A stretch of DNA of 64,000 nucleotides from Podarcis muralis (taxonomy: Eukaryota). Positions 29,869-39,021 of the stretch are shown here, piece after piece; the stretch's first letter is position 1, and the number at the start of each line of letters is the position of its first letter. The stretch is from contig NC_135670.1 of assembly GCF_964188315.1 (NCBI RefSeq), forward strand, positions 27,280,001 through 27,344,000. The letters run 5' to 3'. The position numbers and the translations under genes are program-made. The notes under the pieces were generated by a model, which saw only the letters and a program-made list of their open reading frames with translations, was not told the DNA's origin and ran no database searches.

Positions 29869-30464
29869 GGTGGGGTTATGTCAGTGGTGGGTGGGCCGGC
29901 TGGGCGACTTGATGGGAGATTCCAGTTGCGTCTGAGGGACCCTCAAGCCCCACCCCCAACAGAAACATCTTCCTAAGACTCCAATTGGCCTGCAGAGTAA
30001 ACAACCTGTTCTAGGGAAGGTATAGCCAGCCAATCACGAGAGGCTCAGGTGTTCTGCTACCTGGGCTCAGGTGGGGCACTCTTTGGCCTGGCTCCAGCCT
30101 CCTATTGGTTCTGCTTTGTGGGGGGGGGCAGAGAGAAGGGTATTTAGGTGCTGGGTCCCTCTTTTCTGCCCTGGGGGGGGGCATTGGTGAAGGAAACTTG
30201 GCAGGTGCCAGGACTCTGGTCCTCTTTTTAAAGGCCTGGCCTTCAGCCGGCAGACTGGGACCCTAAGGGAAGGTGGGTCACAGCAGCGGCACAAACTGGT
30301 GTTGCAAAATGAAGAAATGCCACAGTGCCTTAGGGATGTTAAGTAATGGCCTTTATGTTGCAGTAAAAAATAAAGAACTGGGTCCCCAAACACATGTTTA
30401 GGTTAAAGGTGGGTCCCAGGTATTGAAAAGGTTCGGTGAAGGTCACCTGGGCAGGAAAGGGGAG

Positions 30465-30633
30465 GCAAGATTTCTTGGTAATCATGCCTGCCCTGTGGAA
30501 CGCCCTCCCGTCAGGTGTCAAGGAATTAACTATCTGAATTTTAGAAGGGCAGCCCATGTTTGCTGTTTTACTATGTTTAATTTGTTACAAGCTTCCCAGA
30601 GATTGGTAGCATATAAACAATAAAATCATATTA

Positions 30634-30675
<42 letters not shown>
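30465..30675 (+). mobile_element. L2 3' fragment with (TAT)n tail
   Basis: ccctgtggaacgccctccc core; ATT repeat tail. Confidence 0.65.
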
Positions 30676-30831
30676 TCCAAAAGCAGGACTCTCCTCTGTC
30701 AGAATTATACAGAAAATGAGAAATAGCCTCGGAAACGTGGCCTGTGAGCTCCCTGGGGCCATTTCTGCTTGTCCGCGCCTTGCATTCCTTCTTGATTAAA
30801 AAACCTGTTTTATTTGCAGAATCTACCAGGA

Positions 30832-31187
30832 GGGACGCGGGTGGCGCTGTGGGTAAAACCTCAGCGCCTAGGACTTGCCGATCGCATGGTCGGCGGTTCG
30901 AATCCCCGCGGCGGGGTGCGCTCCCGTTGCTCGGTCCCAGCGCCTGCCAACCTAGCAGTTCGAAAGCACCTCCGGGTGCAAGTAGATAAATAGGGACCGC
31001 TTACTAGCGGGAAGGTAAACGGCGTTTCCGTGTGTGGCTCTGGCTCGCCAGAGCAGCGATGTCACGCTGGCCACGTGACCCGGAAGTGTCTGCGGACAGC
31101 GCTGGCTCCCGGCCTCTTGAGTGAGATGAGCGCACAACCCTAGAGTCTGTCAAGACTGGCCCGTACGGGCAGGGGTACCTTTACCTT
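30832..31187 (+). mobile_element. Sauria SINE
   Basis: gggacgcgggtggcgctg head, acctttacctt tail, TSD taccagga. Confidence 0.92.
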
Positions 31188-32791
31188 TACCAGGAGGAGC
31201 AGGTGACATCTTTCCCCCGTGTAAAACTCAACACGCTTGCCTGGCTTTTAGACCTCTGCGACTGCAAATACACCCCTTCTCTTTCCCTGTTTCTCTGGGA
31301 TCAAGATGGCCGCCGCCAACACCGTGAGGTGAGAAAAGCAGTTGGCGGCTATTTTTGTCACGTCCACAGCATCGCCTCCCTCACAGAACCCATCGGCACA
31401 GAACCAATGTCCAAGAGATAGCAACCTCTGCAGTGTGTGGCTGGCCAATGATGCTCTCATGTGGGAAGACTTGCCATAGAAGACCGGTTGACTTCTGTGT
31501 CTCCAAAGTGAGCCAGTGTGGGCTGGTGCCTCCAAAGCCCATTTGCTCTGACTGTCATAGGTGGCTGGCCAGAATGGGGGGCGAAAGTGCTGCCATGCCT
31601 TGGTCACAAGACCAGAAGAAGAGCCTTCATGACCACTCAGAGTTCAGCATCCGGTCCTCAATGTGGCCTCAATGTGAAACCCCGAAGCAGGATTTGAACC
31701 CATACAGGGATCGAACCTGCAACCTTGCTGCCTCCAAGCATGGGTGCTAAACATAGCCATCAGGCCTAGTATCCATCAATAGCCCTCCCCTCTGTGACCC
31801 CCTCTCCACCTTGAACAGCAGCTTGGGCACCCAACTCCAACCAGGGCCTGGCAAGATCACTTGAACCAGCAGCAGAGGTGCTGGATACTGCCCCAGTCCC
31901 CAAGGACCCCTGAATTGGGGCCTCCAGTGTCAGAACCCTCTGAGTCTGCTCCCCTCCCATCTGAAAAAGGGACCCTGCTGCACATTCCCTGCCATGATGG
32001 CTTTACCCCATACGTCATGAGCCTGGAGGGAATATGGAGTGCTCAGCTACAGGCTAGAAAACGGACCCTCGAAGGCCTCCCTTTCCTCAAGGAAGTGGGC
32101 AGAGTCTGACTGGCGAGGTGTGTGTTGACAGATCTGGCCCCAGACGCTTAATACTAGGGTCTTCAGCCCCAGTTGCCAACCTCCCCTCCTGGCCCTCCCA
32201 CCCTGCCCTACGGCCTTTCGAACTGTCTTTGCCCCCTCTCCTCCCCTACCACATTTATTTCCTTTTGCTGCCAATGCTGATGGAGAGGGACCATGGGTCT
32301 GTGGGGCCCAGCTCTGGACTGGGGAAGAGCCCACCCTGCCTGGGAGGGCCACTGCCAGTCAGAGCAGGCAGTCCCAAGCTGGCTAGCCCAGGCCGTTTCA
32401 CAGGTTGGGGAGCCTGTGCTCTGACTCCACTCGCAACAACATCCCCAGAGCTCTTCTATCGTCGGAGAAAAGGCGTTGATGCGCAGCGGAAGTTGGTGCA
32501 TTGGGAGATACCTGTCATTGCTCACCCAGAGAGCTCGGTCAACTGCCTCACCTTGGGCAGGTTTGCGTGCTCAGTCAGTGCTGGGTGCTGGGCACCAAGA
32601 AAAGCAAACAGTCAACATAGGGCCTGCCCCGTAGCTCTGTGGGTCTTGCAGACTCACACCGGGAGCGAATGCTTAGGAGAGGGCAGCTGCTCCCCGCGGG
32701 CAGGAGATCAGGGGGCACACCAGGGCCTGTGGCAGCATCCCTCAACTTAGAAAGGAGAGGCAGAGACGGCGGCCAGCTGGGTGGCTTTTAT

Positions 32792-35700
32792 TCACTTGAG
32801 AATCTTCAGTAGCACCGGCCCCAGCTGCTCCTTCAGCCGGGGATCGATCTGGATGGTGCTCAGCTGTTTGATGTTCAGGATCAGCTGGTGCGCTTGCAGG
32901 AAGAGCTCCTTCCCGACAGCTTCCTCCACTCGGTCGCGCCACTTGGCCAGCCTGGGCCTCCCCTCAAATATATTGCACCCAACACCAACTGGCTGCGGAA
33001 AGTGGACGGGGTGGGGGTAGGGAGTAAGTCATTGGGGTCTGTGGGTGTGGGAAACACTTCCGCTCTCTTCCTGCACCTTCCCGAGAGCAGGAGGACAGTA
33101 TAGATTTAGAACAGTGATTTGCAGAAGGTCATAGGTAAAGGGTAAAGGGACCCCTGACCATTAGGTCCAGTCATGGCCGAGTCTGGGGTTGCGGCGCTCA
33201 TCTCGCTTTGTTGGCCGAGGGAGCCGGCGTACAGCTTCCGGGTCATGTGGCCAGCATGTCTAAGCCGCTTCTGGCGAACCAGAGCAGCGCACGGAAACGC
33301 CGTTTACCTTCCTGCTGGAGTGGTACCTATTTATCTACTTGCACTTTGAAGTGCTTTCAAGCTGCTAGGTTGGCAGGAGCAGGGACCCAGCTACGGGAGC
33401 TCACCCCGTTGCGGGGATTCGAACCACCGACCTTCTGATTGGCAAGTCCTAGGCTCTGTGGTTTAACCCACAGCGCCACCCGCGTCCCCATTGCAGAAGG
33501 CCATAGTGTGACGTTAACACATGAGAGAGTGCTGGAGGTGAAATAGTTAAACAGGTTGCCCACTCAGGACCCAGAGGGGTGGAGTCAGTGGGACTCCCCA
33601 CCTACTAAACCACCTCTCGGATATTTACTTGTCTGCCTAGCCCCTAACTCAGCCTATTTCGTTACACTAACTCAACCTACCCACAACTCTAGCCCAATTC
33701 ACTCCCACTCCAACCAACCACCCAGCTCCCAACAAACTCCCCAACAAACTCTCCTTTGCCCCTCCCAGAGCTGGTTTTATAGTCCCACTGACTCCACCCC
33801 CCTGGGTCCTGAGTGGACAACCTGTTTAACTATTTCACCTCCAGCACTCTCTCATATGTTAACGTCACACATAGTTCAGAGGCTGAAGAGGGAAGGAGTT
33901 GGGAAATATTGGGAGAGCAGCAGGAAGTAGAAGCACCAGGGGAGAGACAGCTAACAGACTCAGTGTCTCTTGAAAGCATTCCTGACCCCCCCTTCTCCCA
34001 GAACCCGGCAGGCATTGAGAGTAATAGAACAGAAAACTCAGAGGCAGAAAGTACAGATCAGCTGGTGCAGGGGTGATGTAGAATAGGAGGGACTGAGGGG
34101 GTGGGACTTGACTTGGAGCAACAGCATTATGTAAGAGAGACAGCATTCCTTCGTCTCTCTCTGTGACTATTCAATAAACTACATGGTAAGAACTCTTCTT
34201 GTTTTGATGCTTCTTTGCATCCCGCCGTGAGAGGGATAGGATTCCCTGAAGCCTTGACAGTTGGGAAGATTGCCCTGCACCCTGTTCTCTGTTGGGGCTC
34301 CTTATGGTCTAGCTTGGCAGCTGGACCACCCATTTAGGCCACTCAAAACAGCCGCTGATCACCCTTGGGCCATTTGCTCATCCCACAATGTGCCCTCAGT
34401 CAGGTTTTGAGGGAAGGCAGGCTGCTCCCCTAGTCTCCCCAGACTGGCCAGGAGCCAGATCAGAAAGGAACCTGGTGATCCCTGGGTTCAATCCTCACCT
34501 GCATGAGCTCCACAATGGCCACTAGGTCTGCCAGTGAGACCTCGCTGCCCACCAGGAAGGGCTTGTCCTGCAGGAAAAGCTCCTCCAGCTGAGTCAAGCA
34601 GGCGCTCAGCCCCTCCATCACCTCCTGCAGCTTCTCTGGGGGAAGTGGCTGGCCTGTGAAGAGCGGGATTAGCACCTGCAGAGAGAGAGAGATCACATCC
34701 ACACCACACCATTAAAGCCTGGGAACTGTAGTTTACCCTTCACAGGGCTACACTTTCCCAGGGAACGCCTGAGAAGTCCGGCTAGAGTCAGGGGAGGCTG
34801 GTCATAGGGGGACAACAATGACCTTGGATGGTTTGAACTCAATGGTTTTACAGTCTCAATGGTGCACTGGGCAATAGATATAGGACACAACATAGATTTC
34901 AACCTTTGGGAGTAACTTTGGAAAAGCGACTTGAAATTGACAGCATGTTCTTTGAAAGAGAACTATTTGAAAATGATTCATAGATGGTGTTTAACTCCGA
35001 ATAGGTTTGCTAAGATCTACAAGACAGAATCAGATAAGTGTAAAGAGGTGGAGGGAACATTCTTTCACATGCGGTGGACATGCAAAAAGGTTAAGGAGCT
35101 TTGGGAAATGATTTATAATGAACTGGGGGGAAAAATATTTTCCTCAAAAACCCAGAGTTCTTTCTGCTGGGGAAAACTCAGACTGAAATTCCCAGGTATC
35201 AGAAAAGGTTATTAATGTGTGCAACAACTGCAGCCCGTGTTTTGTTAGCCCCAAAATGAAAAGTGAGTGAGGTCCCAACCAAAGAAGATTCACAACTTTA
35301 GTTGACAGAATTTGCACAACTTGAAGATTTAACATATAGAATAAGAGAGCAAGAAGAACATAGGTTTAGAGAAGATTGGAAAACGTTTATTGAGTATATG
35401 GAAAATAACTGTGTACAGCTGAAAATGCTGGCAGCACTAAGAAAAATTCAAAAGAGTAAATATTTTTTGATGGATGTGATAGTGGAAAACCGATCAGGAT
35501 AGTTATTGTAGAATATGCAGGGATGTAAGATACGCAAAACGAACCATGGAAAGAGAAGAAGGGAAGTCATTGGATATTTTAAAGTATGGCAATACAATAC
35601 TGTGAGTTGGACAGGAGGCAGTAGCATGAATGAGCAATTTCCATTCCTCGCTGCCTGGAGAGAAGGCAGCCGCAGGCTATTACTGTTAAGGGCATTAAGC

Positions 35701-38700
35701 CAGAGAAATTTGGGCAGAGGTTCTGAAATAGGCCTTCCAGAACCTCATCTGTGACCCTGAGCCAAGCAGGTAACCCCCCAAAACTGGACAGCCCAGCCAA
35801 AGCCCACCCATCTCTCTGTTCCCTTACCTTGATCCACATGGCCTTGGGAGCATTGGCCCGGATATTGGCCTGGTGCCAGGACAGGTATTCATCTACCTTG
35901 GCTCGCTTCTGGACGTCCGACGGGTACCAGTGGTCCGGGGTGTTGTACTTGCGGCTCAGGTACAGTAGGATGGCTGTGCTGTGCCCAGAGAAGAGAGGGT
36001 GTCAGGTGTCAGGGGCACAGTGGGAGCAAATGGAGCAGGGAAGCCCATCTCAGGGCTGTCAGACTGAGGGCAGACCAAAGCTGTGCTGGAGCCCCAGATA
36101 CACAAGATATACCCCATGGCAGCACCCAACCCCTCGCCAAACACCTTATTGAGTAACGTGCCATGAAGCTGCAGAGAGAAGCCTTCCTGGGTGCTGCTCC
36201 CCCACTGTGATACACTCCCCACCACAATTTACATCAAGCTCAGGACTGGATTGCTTTCCATCTGGTGTCAGCTGAGACAGAGCTCAAAGGAGTTTCCCAG
36301 CACCAGTGTTTTTCTGTCTCCTGGCCCCAAACCCCTGACTCCTTTGAGCCTCTGAGCTGTGCTCAACAGCACCCAACCGTCTTGTTCCCTCACGACATAC
36401 AGATGAGATAGAAATTGGGAGGAAGGTAATAAAAGCCGTCTGGGAAATGATATATAATGAATTGGAAAAAATGCTTAAAATAACTTTTACAAAAAAAACC
36501 CCAGAGGCTTTCTTATTAGGAATTGTAGGTGCTGAAATTCCAAGGGAGCAGGAAAGACTCTTTATGTATGCGACGACAGCTGCATGGATGTTGCTAGCCA
36601 GAAATGGAAAGAAGATAAAGTCCCTACCAGAGAAGAATGGCAAATTGATGGACTATGCTGAAATGGCAAAACTGACCGGAAGACTCAGGAACCAGGAAGA
36701 CCAAAACTTTCATAAAGAATGGGGGGAGGGGAATATAATTTACCTTGAAGGTCACTGTAAGCAGTTGAAAACGTTAGCAGGTTTGCAATAACACTTGTAA
36801 TGTAAAAACAAAATTTAAAAATTCCTTCCAGTAGCACCGTAGAGACCAACTAAGCACACGAAAGCTCATACCAATGACAAACTTAGTTGGTCTCTAAGGT
36901 GCTACTGCAAGGAATTTTTTCTTTTTTGTTTTGACTATGGCAGACCAACACGGCTACCTACCTGTAATTAGAACTTGTAACGTAACGAGATCTATTGACA
37001 CAATGGAGTTACAAAAATTTGGATTATTAAAATAAAGATGCAGCAGAAGGTTTTAACAACAGAACTCACAGAGGAGAAAGTGGGAAGTCCAGAGGAATCT
37101 TGTAACTTTGAATGTGTTGTGGTATGACTGAAAACTCAAGTATGTAAAATCAAATATATATTTTTAAGATAGAAATTTGGAGGGGAAGGAAGCCATGGCT
37201 GTCTGCCTGCCTTCTTACCCTTCAGACAAAACGAAGGCCTCATCCCTCAAGACGGGAACTTTCTTCACCGCAGTCGCCTTGGGTAGCGGCCCTAAAACCA
37301 GGTGGGTTGGAAGGAAGCAACACAGCACACAGTTAGACCTGGCAGGACGGTTGGCAGGAGATGCCCAGCACATCCCCAGAAGTCCAGAATTGGAGCTTGC
37401 CTGGACAATCTGTTCTGAGTGACAGCTGGAGAATTGGTGAGCGTATGTCTGTGTACCAAACACAAACAACAACTCCGGGTTCTGCAGAGCAAATCAGTGG
37501 CCAATTTACATTTTGACCCATGCAGATTGAAATATACTCGGAGTTGAGTGTGGATTTCATGCTCTTTATTCAGCTCATAGTAGTGAGGAATGAAAGTTTC
37601 CCCAAAATATCTGCTTTATATACATTATTTAAAAAATGGGCCGCACGTGGTTGGCTAATTCTGGGATTCTCCTGTAGGCCAATCAGGTTGTGGATTCACT
37701 TCCACCTGGAGCTGGATTGGGTAGCTCCTGCGGACCAATCAGACTGCTGCATTGTTCTAGGACCAATCAGACTGCTGCATTCCGGACCCTATTGTTCTAG
37801 GACCAATCAGACTGCTGCTTTTTGGATCCTATTCAACTCAGTACATAACGCAGAATATCCCAATAAATCAGCTGTGAGTCCAGTGCCATATTTTTTTTCT
37901 ACTTAGAGCAGGCAGCTGGGAGCCCACAACGTCTGGAGACTGGGGAGGGGGAGAGAAAGTGGGGTGTTTGCTCCACTTTGGTTGTCCTGGTTCATAGCCA
38001 CGGACAGACCCAAGGAAGCTCTCCACTCCAGGCTAATCTTGCCCCCCAATAATAAGCACACCTTGTCTGAAAATACTGGGGAAAAACTGAAAATACTTGT
38101 TATTGTCACCTCACCCCCCCCCCCACCCCTCTGGCCTGGCTTTCAAAGCTGCATGAGAGAAGTTCAAACTATGTTCCGAAGTGGAGTTTGGAAAGAGCCC
38201 TGAGCTTAAAGTACAAGGTGTGTTTATCTCTAGCCTTGCATGCAGAAGGGGGCAGGGCAAAGGGCATCTAGTCCTGATCTCTTCCCAAGGGAACGAACCT
38301 CTGGCTTCGTGAGTTTGCTTGGAAAGGGTCACTGTATTTCAGCAGGAGCCCAGTGGCAACAGCACAGCATCAACTGCCCTTGAAATCCTTACGGCAATAT
38401 TTACATTGCAAAGAGAACTTCACTCTACAACAGCAGGGGAGTCCCGTTTACTAAAACCGGGGGACTTCCCTTAAACCATATTTTTGGCATCTCTGTCCTG
38501 CCTTTCAGCAACAAGGCACCCCGTGAGTTCTGGCTGAATGCTGCGGGCACAAACTGACCCCTGGAGCAAGAAAAGTACGTTTCCGAGCACAATTCAAAGT
38601 GTTGGTGCTGACCTTTTAAAGCCCTAAACGACCTCGGTCCAGTATATCTGAAGGAGTGTCTCCACCTCCATCGTTCTGCCCAGACACTGAGGTCCAGCAC

Positions 38701-38973
38701 TGAGGGCCTTCTGGCGGTTCCCTCACTGCGAAAAGCCAAGTTCCAGGGAACCAGGCAGAGGGCCTTCTCGGTAGTGGCACCCACCATGTGGAACGCCCTC
38801 CCACCAGATGTCAAAGAGAAGAACAACTACCAGACTTTTAGAAGACATCTGAAGGCAGCCCTGTTTAGGGAAGCTTTTAATGCTTGATGTGTACTACAGT
38901 ATTTTAATATTTTTTTGGAAGCCGCCCAGAGTGGCTGGGGAAGCCCAGCCAGGTGGGCAGGGTATAAATAATA

Positions 38974-39021
<48 letters not shown>

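Noticed and set aside
31301-31335. caagATGGCCGCCGCC (YY1/Kozak-like) followed by a good donor on the plus strand
   Set aside because: No CpG island and no downstream exons found; cannot support a gene without transcript data.
37292-37338. Alternative upstream acceptor for the short GSTT-B exon (ctgccag at about 37338)
   Set aside because: It introduces an in-frame TAG and does not restore the canonical 88-nt exon.
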